DNA from: Callorhinchus milii
Taxonomy: Eukaryota
NCBI RefSeq assembly: GCF_018977255.1
Contig: NW_024704743.1
Coordinates: 39,372,001-39,436,000 of the forward strand
Direction of reading: 5' to 3'
Length of the DNA: 64,000 bases
A program made the translations under genes and the position numbers. The notes under the pieces are model-generated. The model did no database searches, was not told the DNA's origin, and was given only the letters and a program-made list of their open reading frames with translations. Of the stretch, positions 39,318 through 50,590 are shown piece by piece; the stretch's first letter is position 1; each line of letters opens with the position of its first letter.

Positions 39318-39448
39318 CTGGAAAAATCGCCTATGATGTAAGCTGTGTTTTCTGAAGAGAAAGAGCTCTCTAGCTCTGTTAAATTATATGATATACAGGA
39401 AATTCCCTTGAAAGGAAATGCAGCTTACGTCATTTGCAATTTTTCCGG
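39318..39448. repeat. Imperfect inverted repeat (~33-bp arms, ~65-bp spacer), possible MITE remnant
   Basis: The left arm ctggaaaaatcgcctatgatgtaagctgtgttt matches the reverse complement of the right arm, ccggaaaaattgcaaatgacgtaagctgcattt, at about 26/33 positions by eye. Confidence 0.7.
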
Positions 39449-39492
39449 TTAAGTGTCTGCTTTAGCTGATTAGCTGTCATTTTTGTCTACAA

Positions 39493-40200
39493 ATACAACA
39501 ACAACTTGCATTTATATAGTGCCCTTCATGTGGGGCAGCATTTTGGAGTGCTTACCGGTGGCAAGTGTGACACTGAGCCGGGGGGATGGAGGAGGTGACC
39601 GTGAGCATGGTCGAAGAGGAAGGACTTCTATCATGTTATAAAAGAGGGAAGGAGGAGCCAAGATGGAGGGATTGTGGGAGAGAGTTCCGCTGCTTTGGGA
39701 CATAGTGGCTGAAAGCACGGCCATTAATGGTGGAGCAGAGGGGACGAGGGACTAGCAGGAGACCAGAGCCCGATAAGCGGTGACAGTGGGTTGTGGAGTC
39801 GGGAGAAAGCAAGTTGGAAAGGCAGGGAGTTGCCAGGGGATGAAGGGATTTATAGACAAGTGAGAGGATCTTGAAATCGATCCATTCTGTGATAGGGAGT
39901 CAGTGGAGCCGTGCAAGGATTGGTGTGTTGAGGGTACAGAGTTTAGTGTTGGTGAGTATGCGGGCCGCAGAGTTTGAATCACTTGTAGTTTGTTGGTAAT
40001 GGAGCCACATAGACTGGCAAAGGAGGCATTGAAATAGTCGAGGCAGGTGGTAAAGAAAGCATGGACGACGGTTTCATCTGCATTGTGTGTGAGGTACGGT
40101 TGGAGGCGGGCAATATCATGGAGTTGGATGAAAGAGATCTTGGTTACGGATCGAATGTGATGAAGTAAAGGAGGGCTGGAGATTGAACCTGATGCTTAGG
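39493..40200 (-). mobile_element. L2 3' fragment
   Basis: (TTG)n tail at 39495-39508. The minus strand encodes HDIARLQPYLTHNADETVVHAFFTTCLDYFNA-like L2 motifs. Confidence 0.88.
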
Positions 40201-40974
40201 TTATGTGTTAAAATATATTTGTGAAACCATTTTCTTTAATGTCTAATTTGTTCCACATAGTTTCCAGCAATAATTAGACCCACAGTGACATTGCCAAAAA
40301 TAAACTTAAATGTGTTCCAGAATAAATGTGTTTCCAGCCTGCAACCTTGCCAGTAACTCCCCCTGGAGTAGCCCTGATCCACCCCCAGGCTGATTACATT
40401 GGATATTATTAAAGATTGTGATAGGGGCTTTCTAGGACTGAACCACAAGTACATATGTAAGAGTATTCCATTCACAATCATAGTACAGTATAGCCAGAAA
40501 AACATGATACCAACAACTAATTATATTCAACTATATTGCATCTTAGTACAATCCCGAATACACATCCACTTATACGATTTGACTGCATGTTTCTTGGACC
40601 CTAACACAGACATTTTACAGACATGTCCTGCCTGTGCTATCTGATGATTAAGATCAATTATTCATTGCAAAGATTAGGCAATTGAATTCAAACTTAATGA
40701 TTTTCACCCTACAGGCTTACATTGTGGGTTCAGGCTGCCTGCTCCCTTCAACATAACAGTGGCACTGTGCAAACAAGATTTCTTCACAATGTTTATAGCC
40801 TGCAATGCTTAATAAAATTTGTGAGGCCAAATTGAAGTACAGGTATAAATACCATTTAATACTAGGTTTTGCCCTTTTAAACTTATTTTCTTCCTTTCCT
40901 CCAGGTGGATTCCTTTGCCAATGTTTCATTCACTGGCCACACAAGTGGGTATGCGAACTGCCAAGTACATGTCT

Positions 40975-41347
40975 AATCCCTTCAAATCCCTTCATGCCCT
41001 CGCACCTCCCTACCGATTTGCTTACTCCTCCACTCTACCACCTGATATCTCCGCTCGGCCAACTCTGGCTTCCTGTTTGTCCCTCGCCCACTCCACTGCA
41101 CTATCAGCGGCTGCGCTTTCAGCCAATATGCCCTGAAACACTGGAACTCCCTCCCTCAATCCCTACGCCTTGCCCTCTCCCTCCTCACTTTCAAATCCCA
41201 TCTAAAGACCTTCCTTTTTGATCATGCTTACGTTCACTTCCTGCCTCCCTCTCCCCCTGGCTCGGGGTCAGACTGCACCACTGTCAAGCGCTCCGGGACG
41301 CTACCCCATATGAAGTGCACTATATAAATGCAAGTTGTTGTTGTTGT
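40975..41347 (+). mobile_element. L2 3' fragment
   Basis: FKSLHALAPPY..., tggaactccctccct, and the tail tataaatgcaagttgttgttgttg. Confidence 0.88.
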
Positions 41348-41531
41348 CAAGGCCACTTTCGAGCAAGTTAGACTGAAGAGCAGGAGAGCAGCTCAAAGGG
41401 ATTTGTTCATTGACTGTTCACAGCGAGTTTCCTTCCCTGTTATGTTGCTAACCTGATGACAGCATTGCTTATCTAAGATCAAAGCGGATCCCCATTTGTA
41501 TGACTTTCAAACCTTCTACTGATGTCATACC

Positions 41532-41887
41532 GTGGAGTCCTGTCATGTAGTGGTTCGAGCACTCACCTCACAAGCGAGGGGACCCTGGTTTGATTCCCGG
41601 GCAAGGCAAAACCATAGGCAAGTTTCCGTATTCTATACGCCTCTGTTTACCAAGCAGTAAGTAGGAACCCGGTTGACAGTCATTTGGCAGATAACTCTCC
41701 AGCGTTAATTGTCCCTTAAAAAAATAACAATAATTTGGTCACTCATTCCACGACTATTTGTGGGACACTGCTGTGTGCATTTCGCCCACAAATATACAGT
41801 CAATTCACTTTACGGTATATTCTGTGAAGCACTTTGAGATGTCTCCATGATGTGATAAGGCGCTATATCAAATGCAGGGATTATTAT
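41532..41887 (+). mobile_element. Full-length young SINE, long form
   Basis: tRNA-like head gtggagtcctg...ggtttgattcc, middle segment ctctgtttaccaagcagtaagtaggaacccgg, Deu-like body and (TTA)n tail. Confidence 0.92.
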
Positions 41888-42111
41888 CTACAAAAGTCTG
41901 TTGACATGGGCCAATAGAAAAGTGCGGTTGCAGTTTTTCCACGGAATCCACTATAAACAACGCCATCCGCTATGAACAGCATCCTCTACTAAAAAAATGA
42001 AGTTTCTGGTGCCCGGGCCTCTTGGCTGTTTATCTGACGTCAACTGTACGCGGTGCGGCACAAGCGGGAAATTGGCTTCGCTCCACTCTGAGTCCCCATT
42101 GTTGAGATAGT

Positions 42112-42360
42112 CTGTGTGTTTGTGAGTTTGTCTGTGTGGGTCTTCTCCTTTATATATGTTTGTTTGGTGTGTGTGTGTTTGTGTGTGTGTGTGAGTGTCT
42201 CCTCTGTCTGTCTGTATGTGTGTGTGTGTTTCTTTGTGTCTCTTTCTCTGAGAATGTGTGTCTCTGTGTTTGTAAGTGTGTGTGTCTCTCTATGTCTGTG
42301 AATGTATGTGTGTCTCTCTCTGTCTATCTGTGAGTGTGTGTTTCTCTATCTGGGCCTGTG
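42112..42360 (+). repeat. Imperfect (TG)/(TC) microsatellite
   Basis: Directly visible low-complexity tract. Confidence 0.95.
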
Positions 42361-42518
42361 TGCGGTGACGAGCATTGAGAGGCAGGACATTGGTGAGCTT
42401 GGCGAGTTTTTGGGTGGATCTCCAATGGTCCCCCGCCCGCACCCCCCAAATGGGTCACCCAGTTTCTGGTAAAGAAAAAATTGATAATTTTTTTTGCAAC
42501 AATCTAATTTCTAACAAT

Positions 42519-42795
42519 CAAGCGAGAGACCTGGGTTTGATTCCCAGCAGGGCGAAACCTTGGGCAAGGTTCCTTGCTCCACACACCTGATAATAATTCC
42601 TCAAGAAAAAAAAAGAAGAATTTGGTCACTCAATCCACGACTGTTTGTGGGACACTGTTATGCACAATTGGCTGTCGCATTTCACCCACAAATATACAGT
42701 CAATTCACTTTACAGTATCTTCTGTGAAGCACTTTGAGACATCTAGAAGACGTGAAAAGCGCGATATCAAATGCAAGGATTATTATTATTATTAT
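42519..42795 (+). mobile_element. Young SINE, short form, 5'-truncated
   Basis: caagcgagagacctgggtttgattcc...caaatgcaaggattattattattattat. Confidence 0.92.
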
Positions 42796-43019
42796 CTCAT
42801 ATTTCTTCATCTTTAGTTCTTATCAATAAAGTGAAAAAATGTAGGTTGGCAATAAAATGTACCTCAATAGCAGCAATCAACCGCACATAATTTTCCAGAA
42901 AAATTGTCAAATTTCCCTCTCAAACTTCTGCAAAATTTGTCAAATATCCCTGCAATTTTTGGCAAATATTTCTGCAATTTTCTATTGGCCTTGCTATTGG
43001 ACTGTGACAATGCTCCAGT

Positions 43020-43420
43020 GAGGGGAAGAAGAGGTAAGAAGAAGAGGTAAGAAGAAGAAGAGGTAAGCAAGGTTTCTGGAGCTAAATTGGCTCAAAGGTG
43101 TCATACCTGACAATGGAATATTGATGTGGAGTTGATCCTCTATGGCAGGTCCTGGGTAACCCAGTTCCTGAGACAAGCAATTCCACTGTTCTCAAGACAG
43201 CCAGCCTGGCTCATGTAGCAGGACCTGGAGGAGCAGTTTATTCACTTGGGCTTCAATACTTGGCTCCCGTTAACCTTTCAAGACGATGCCCTCACGCAGT
43301 GGGAAGTTCGCCAGTGTTTGCAATGGTAATCAATAGTTTTTGCAATGGTTTTAGCTGGTTAACCCCCAGAAGTACTCTTAGAGTCCTCAAGCCTTGGCTC
43401 TTACCTATCAATGCCTAAAC
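43020..43420 (+). repeat. Unclassified repeat family X copy, preceded by a short (gaagaagaggtaa)n expansion
   Basis: ccagttcctgag...cagccagcctggctcatgtagcaggacctggag...gttttagctggtt...ccttggctctt. Confidence 0.75.
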
Positions 43421-45482
43421 TATGTTATATTTTCTGGAAACAATGTTTTTATATCTTCTAAACTTGCAACCTACATTGTTTCTTAAAAGAATTTCCTTAG
43501 GAGGCTTTGTACCGACATTTCTTTGAGTAAGTTAGAGTCTTTTTTTAAAAAAGGGATTTAGTTTGCAGTCTAGAGGAAATACACTCTCTGTAACCCTTAG
43601 AAGCACATAATATGATGAAGCAGTCTGGATAGGGATCAAACAGCTGATTGAAGCACAAGACAAATGGCTCTTATTTGATTTCCAAACAAAGGTTGATACA
43701 AATAAAACTAAAAAGAGTGTGTTTCAACACATGTAAGCTTCCTGTAGGGTTTGATTTACATTATTGGTTGTATCCTTGCAGTAAGTAATGGTAAGGAAAT
43801 TAAGTCAAATTATATGTGTATTTATATCCTGCTGTGGACCCTTTAGAATAACCAGAAGCTGTTTAGGTAGGAGATTGAATTACCTTTAAAGGATTGACAT
43901 TTATGTCAAGTTGTGGTGGATAATTATGTTTAATAAAGTTGGGGTTGGCTCATGTGGCAGCTCGGCCAATTTATCCATGGAGAAGTTAAGTTATGCAGCC
44001 AATGCAGATTTCAACTTCAATCTGCAGCCTGTGATCAGTTAAGTGATCTCTGTAAAATAACAGAGAGGAACTACAATAAGCCACAGTGACCAGAGAGGGG
44101 AATATCAGCCAGCCATCACAATATCATATGCTTCATGAACTCAGATCTTAGGTTTTCAAGACAGAAAACCTACAAGGAAATATATTTGATGAATTCTGAG
44201 ATATTGTGCATGGACAAAAGATGATAAAGTGTGAAATGTTGCTTCAGTAGTTACCAGACAATGCACATTACTCAAACACAAACCTCCAGTTCCAAAACTC
44301 CTCAGGCAAGAAAGCCACAAGACCTCATGATACTCTACAAGACCTCTGTGATCAAGTGCATTCTAAGGTTTTATTCATTATCCACACATCAAGTGAGATT
44401 AATGACCCATATCAACACTGCATGTTGTATCAATCTTACTCTTCATTGGTACAGCTGCTCTTTGATAGTCATCATGGAAAGTGGTCCACCACCACATGCG
44501 TTTCCATTAAGCGAATGGTGCCGTTAGTCACTGACTGCTCTTGGCAATGTTTTGGATCTGAATCCTTCAAGATTCAAAGTTACATTCAGAACACATGGTG
44601 GAATTCATTTAAAGAGCCATCCATAATTATCATTATTTTCACAACAACACAAAGAAGACCTGAGGGCGATTAATGCTTCATGTTTCAGTGCATGTATTAT
44701 AAATGATATTGAATGATAATAATCAAATGTCATCTTGAAGTAAGGACTTTTAGGGAATAGGTATTAACATATGATTTTGTATTTTTATGGTCTTTGAGAC
44801 AAAAGAATAGCAATTATGTTTCTGGCCCTTAATAGCATTTCCAATAACAAAAAGGTTCTCATTATGAGGTGACTGCAATTATAATATTAATGTCATCACA
44901 ACTGAATCAAGACAGTGCCAGAGGCAGAATCCTTTAGGAAAATTCAGATCTATTCTGACCCAAAAAAATTGCTTGCAGGTATAAAGGCAGTAGCTTTACC
45001 TAATGTTATTCTATGTTACAGGAGAAAAAACTCTGTGAAGTGCTCTCAGATGTTTGGATATGGTAAGGCACTATATTAAATCCAAGCATTATTATAAAAA
45101 GGTAACTGGTGAATTTCTTTGCCTCTGCCAATGCCATTTTTGAATTGACTTTTAGAAATGGTGGCAAGTGACTCATTTTGTTATTACAAAATGTCATCTG
45201 ATATTTCATATTTATCTGGAAACTGACCGAAAGGACCTTGTTTTAACACCTCTAATTTTAAATGGGAAATAAAAGTAAATCTAGAACAATAATTTCAGAT
45301 ACACTGAGACAACAGAACAAGAAGGTATAGATTTAGGATTGTAGAGGGCAATTTCAGGATAGATACCAGGAAGTATTTCTTCAATTAACGACTGGAACAG
45401 GTTACCAGGAAGGATTATTAAGACCAGAACACTAGACTTATTTAAAAAATCATCTTATTGCTGTGATTGGAGGACAGTAGGT

Positions 45483-45680
45483 TAATAATAATAATCCTTG
45501 CATTCGATAGTGCGCCTTATCATTTAGTCGAAATGTCTCAAAGTATTTCACAGAATATACTGTACATAAATTCGATTGATTGTGCATTTGTGGGTGAAAT
45601 ATGATACAATTGCACAAAGTAATGTCCCACAAACAGCTATGGAGTGAGTGAGCAATTTTTTTTTGAGGGATTATTACCTC
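45483..45680 (-). mobile_element. SINE 3' half nested in a + strand CR1 3' fragment (45300-45750)
   Basis: SINE tail and Deu-like body, flanked by CR1 tggaacaggttaccagg and gatggactcaaagg. Confidence 0.8.
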
Positions 45681-45747
45681 CTGCATTATTATGGATGAGC
45701 ATTCTGGAATGATGGACTCAAAGGATTTTTTCCTGAATCTCCTGTGA

Positions 45748-46918
45748 TCATAGAATCATAGAATTATACAGCCCAAAAGGAGGCCATTTGGCCCATTGTG
45801 TCTGTGAAAAAAAGCTATCCAAAGCAATCCCATTCCCTCGTTCTCTCCCATTAGCCCCACAGACATGTCCTCCACAAATAATTATCTACTTCTCTCTTAA
45901 AAGTTGTTATCGAATCGGCTTCCACCACACTTGCAGGCAATGCATTCCAGATCCGAACCACTCGCGGTGTAAAATAAATTCTCCTCACCTCCCCTCTGTT
46001 ACTTTTAACAAGTATTTTGAATTGGTGTCCTCGGGTTACCGACCCACCCGCCAGTGGAAATAGTTTCTCCTCGTTCACCCTATCGAATCTCCTCATAATT
46101 TTAAAAACTTTTATTCAGTCTCCTCTTAACTTTCTCTGATCCAAGGAGAATAATCCTATAAAGAAGCTATCCTAGCTTCTTTAGCCTCTCCTCAACTGAA
46201 CTCACTCATTCCTGGTACCATCCTAGTAAATCTTCTTTGCACCCTCTCCAATGCCTTGACAGCCTTCCTAAAGTGTGGTGCTCAGAGCTGAACACAGTAC
46301 TGTAGCTGAGGCCTAACCAGTATTTTATAAAGGTTCATCATAACTTCTTGACCTTTGTATTTTATGCCCCTATTTATAAAGCCTAGTGTCCCGTATGCTT
46401 TTATAACAGCTGTATCTACCTGTCCTGTCACCTTCAAAGATTTACTTATATCAAACCCCAGGTCTCTCTGTTTCTTGACTCCCTTTAAGATTCTACCATT
46501 TGGATTATATTGCCTCTCTGCATTCTTCCTCCCAAAATGCATCACTTGACATTTATCCACATTAAACGTCATCTGTCACGTGTCTGCTCATTTACCAGTC
46601 TGTCTATGTCCTTTTGCAGTCTGCTACTATCCTCTTCACTGTTTACTACTTTTCCTAGCTAAGTATCATCTGCAAACTTGGAAATTGTACTCCCTATAAC
46701 GAAGACCAGGTCATTTATATTGATCAAAGACAGCAGTGTCTCAATACCGACCCCTGGGGGACACTGCACTCTTCCCTCCAATGAGAAAAACAACCGTTCA
46801 CCACTACTCTGTGCTTTCTGTCTCCCAGACAGTTCTGTATCCATGCTGCCACTGTCCCTTTAGTACCATGGGCTTCTATTTTGCTTACAAGTCTCTTATG
46901 TGACACTTTATCAAACGC
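45748..46918 (-). mobile_element. CR1 LINE 3' ~1.2 kb including the RT core (pseudogenised)
   Basis: VPQGSVL, INDL...ISKFADDT, MTFNVDKCQVMHFG, LYKILVRPQLQYCVQ and FTPRVVRIWNALP motifs, with a (ATTCTATG)n tail at 45748-45765. Confidence 0.95.
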
Positions 46919-48000
46919 AAAGTATAAATTACAACGAATGATCTGAAAAATGCACCTCTAATAATGTCATGCTCCTGCAGTACTGTACTAGAATGTCAGC
47001 CTAGATTATGAGTTTGAGTCACAACATGGGGCTTGAACCCATAACCTTCTGACCTACAGGGTAGAGTGTTTAGAAGTTATTGTTTATTACTGTTAAATAT
47101 AACTAAATTCTATAGTAAATAATGACAACCAGCTATGTGCAATGCCCAAATTTAGGAAATGTTCATTATCCCCATGTTTAGGAATTCTCTGTATCTGGCT
47201 TCACAGGCACATTCCCGGAAAGTCTTCTTTCAATCTTATCTTGAAGACTCTCCATGCTGTAATCACTTCCTGTACAAACCAACGTTTTATCAAGCAGGAA
47301 ACCTTATTACAACAGTTCAATGGCACAGAACTTATCCTGTTTCCTTAGACAAAAATGCAGCAGGCTTAATATTGTGTGGTTGATAAGCTGGAGATCACTG
47401 CTTAAAGTTTTCCATTGCCACTCATGACTCCAGTACTGTTTTAGTGGAGTATGATTCTACAGGTTCCAATATTTTGAAACATCCTTGTCTACATCCTTGT
47501 CCTCCTGACGTGAAAGGCGCTCTATAAATGGAATCTTGTTGTTGTTGTTGTTGTTGTATACATGACCATAGTGATCTTCTCGATTGCTCACATATATATA
47601 TATATAAATGTTTATATATTTTTATAAATGTTTAGATATATAAACTTATACAGCCTTTGTGGAAACATAGAGCTTTGTTCTACCTTCATCGAAGCTCATC
47701 AAACCCATTATCGCCTGGCGCCGTATGCTCCAATGGATAAACTTTAAGATTCTGAACCTCACTTTCAAATGCCTCCCTGCCTTGCACTATGCATTCTCTG
47801 TGATCTCCTGTGACACTGCTCCCCTGATCATTCCCTCTGCCTTGGCCTGCATCACACTCTACAGCCCTTTGTGTTCCACCATCAACAGTGAGCGTTCAGG
47901 TGCTTTGCCCCCATGCTGTAGAACTTTCTTGTGAAATCCCTTTGTCTGGTGCTTGTTCCCTCTGCTTCCAAATCCTGCCCAAAGACCCCTCTCCCCCACA

Positions 48001-48530
48001 TGTGGAGTCCTGTAGTGTATTGTTACAGCCGTTGCCTCACAAGTGAGAGGACCTGGATTTGTTTCCTGGGCAAAGTGAAACATTAGACTAGTTTCGTTAA
48101 GTTTTCTTGACCTTTGTCTATGTTTACCTAGCCGTAAGTGGGAACCCGGTTGTTAGTCGATTGACGGATCACTTTTCCGGAGGTAATAATCCCTTCAAAT
48201 TTAAAAAAAATTGGTCTCTCAGTCCATGACTGTTTGCTGGACACTGTGTGTACAATTGCTTGCTGCGTTTTGCTCATAAAATATACAGTCAATTCACCTT
48301 ACAGTATATTTCAGAAACCTTACTGTTGCGTTTTTAGTAAGTGCAGAAGTTGTAGGATACCGAATACTAATGGAACAACCTTTTCTTTTATCCACTGAGC
48401 CTTTACAACACACCATTTACAGAGAGTACCATTTATAGAGAGTAGTTGCAAAAAAACTTTACAGTATATTTTGTGAACCTCTTTGAGAACGGTGTAATAA
48501 GGGGCTATATCCAACGCAAGAATTATTATA
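48001..48530 (+). mobile_element. Young SINE, long form, with a 147-bp internal insertion
   Basis: Head gtggagtcctgtag, then SINE body. The insert at 48312-48458 is flanked by duplicated ttacagtatattt. Confidence 0.85.
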
Positions 48531-48974
48531 GTTCACTTTCATCTGTTGATTGATGCCTTCTCTTATTACTGTAAAAAGTGATATCATAGTACAACATTTC
48601 TGATTGACCAGCTCACTGTTGCTGAAACTTTTCTAGTTAGAAGCCGAATATGCAAAATATAGCAATTGTGGTCAAGTAAAGTATTATTATGTCACAATGG
48701 CATTCATTGTGACTTTTTTTTAACTAATCTGCTAGTGTGTAAACCCAGGGTTTTCATATAAACCTACACATTCATGATATAACCATCTCTATCTAAAAGA
48801 GTGAGCAAACAATCGGTTCTCTGGCTTCTGTCAATACCTCTCTATGAACAGCTACTGGAAGATAGTTTCCAGGATAGCTCCTGTCTATGATTTTTCTATC
48901 TGTTATGCTTGTACATTGGTCTGATTGATAATTGGCTACATGGAGAAGCTGCATCTTTACCATTTGGTACTATC

Positions 48975-49362
48975 TCAGTTGAAAGGACTCCTGCCTTTGA
49001 GTCAGAAGATTTGTGGGTTCAAGTTTTTGAATTTACTCTAATCTGACACTACAGTGCAATGCTGGGGAAGTACTGCATTGTTAGAGGTGCCGTCTTTCAG
49101 GTGATCTCCAGAGGACATTAAAGATACCAGGGGACTATTTGAAAAGAGAAGGAAGTTTCTCCCAATGACCAAGCCATCAATGCCCAAATGAAAATTAATA
49201 ATTCACTTCATGGCTGTTTATGAAATGCTGCTGTGTGCAAATTGGCTGCCATGTTTGCCTACAAATGCACAATCACTACACTTTACAATGAATCATATGA
49301 AGGGGCTTAAGTTTTCTTGACCACATGATAAGGCACTATATCAAATGAAAGGAATATTATTA
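48975..49362 (+). mobile_element. SacSINE1-like SINE, near full length
   Basis: gagtcagaag...gggttcaag...gaggtgccgtctttcag...gctgtgtgcaaattggctgccatgtttgcctac, followed by the tail. Confidence 0.85.
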
Positions 49363-49619
49363 TTGCAACTGAATAGAATGTAACCGCCAGTGTTATTTTC
49401 TTATTGAGTGTTCCTAATTCAATTAACGTAGTGCAAAATTACCGGTCATGAATACAGCTATTTCATCATAGGCTGCTGATCTTTGCCTGGATAACAACAA
49501 TGTTACAAATATGCATTTAACAAAAGAATAATGAAGAATTAGAATGAGAACTGTACAGCAAATCATTTTAAAGGATTAATATTCAATGATCACAGTAATT
49601 CTAAACGGTAGATATTTAT

Positions 49620-50092
49620 TTCAGCCACGTTGAAATTTAACCTGCTAAATTGCCTAGCTTTCCACTGAAAGCACTGTTCCGCAAGCTTCCAGCTGCTTGT
49701 CCAGCTAGGACCATCTTACCCTTTCGGGTTTTGGGTTTCAGGGTTAACAGTGGAAGTGTCCCTGCTGCGTGACTGGTATCAGCCCATGAGCCAGACTGGC
49801 TGGTCTGTTCTCAACAGTGCTGTGGAGTACGACAATACACTACACAATACAAAATTATACTTGTATAGCGCCTTTCACATCGGGATGACATCCCAAGGCG
49901 CTGGTACAGTCAGAAATTTGGACCCGAACAGGGGATTAGGAAAAGCAGCTTGGGTCAGTGGCTTTACAGACCTGTCAGGCTCTGGAACCAGACAACCGAG
50001 ACCACTACATAGGGATGAATCAGTTCTGACATTCTGTTGCCAATTACATCAACTTGCAGCCGGTTCAGGTCAAAGAAAGCCCACCTATAACA
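49620..50092 (-). repeat. Unclassified repeat family X copy, interrupted by an L2 tail (~49845-49940)
   Basis: gcttgtccagctaggacc...ttaacag...atgagccagactggctgg...ttctgacattctgttgccaa matches 60680-60930. Confidence 0.8.
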
Positions 50093-50209
50093 TTACCACC
50101 TACATCAATTCACAGCACTTTTGCTCATCTCAGACAACAAAGATTTATTTTGAATTCAAATACGATCAATAAATCATCCTCTATGTAAGCTCCAATACAT
50201 GCAACTGCA

Positions 50210-50590
50210 TAATGAGAGAGGACCTGATAGAGGTCTTTAACTTTATAAAAAGGATTCGATAAAGTGGACATGAAAAGTCTGTTTTCACTTGTTGGTGAGT
50301 CCAAAATAAGGGGCATTCATACAAGAAAGCAAATAACAGATCTAAAACAGAATTCAGGAGGAATTTCTTAACACAGAGGGTAGTGAGAATGTATAACTCA
50401 CTGCCAGAGAGCTGTGGTTGAAGCAAAAAGTATTCAACATATTTAAGAGGAAACATGATGCACACATGAGGGAGAATGGAATAAAGGGGAATAGGAGGGT
50501 TGTGTGTTTGTGTGGAGCATAAACATCAGTACAAACTATTTGGGCTGAATATCTTGTTTCCTTGCTGTAAGGTTCTCTTTAATTCTACAT
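50210..50590 (+). mobile_element. CR1 3' fragment
   Basis: gaggacctgatagaggtctttaa...aatttcttaacacagagggtagtgaga...tgggctgaat. Confidence 0.85.

Larger units (their letters stand above)
41905..42993. mobile_element. Non-autonomous TIR DNA transposon (MITE-like, possibly hAT) with an internal (TG/TC)n tract and a nested SINE
   Basis: The left TIR ggccaatagaaaagtgcgg (41909-41927) matches the reverse complement of the right TIR at 42972-42990 (ggccaatagaaaattgcag) at 17/19. Short reiterated subterminal motifs occur at 42885-42985. Confidence 0.7.

Noticed and set aside
42116..42333. Cys/Val-rich ORFs
   Set aside because: These are translations of the (TG)n microsatellite.
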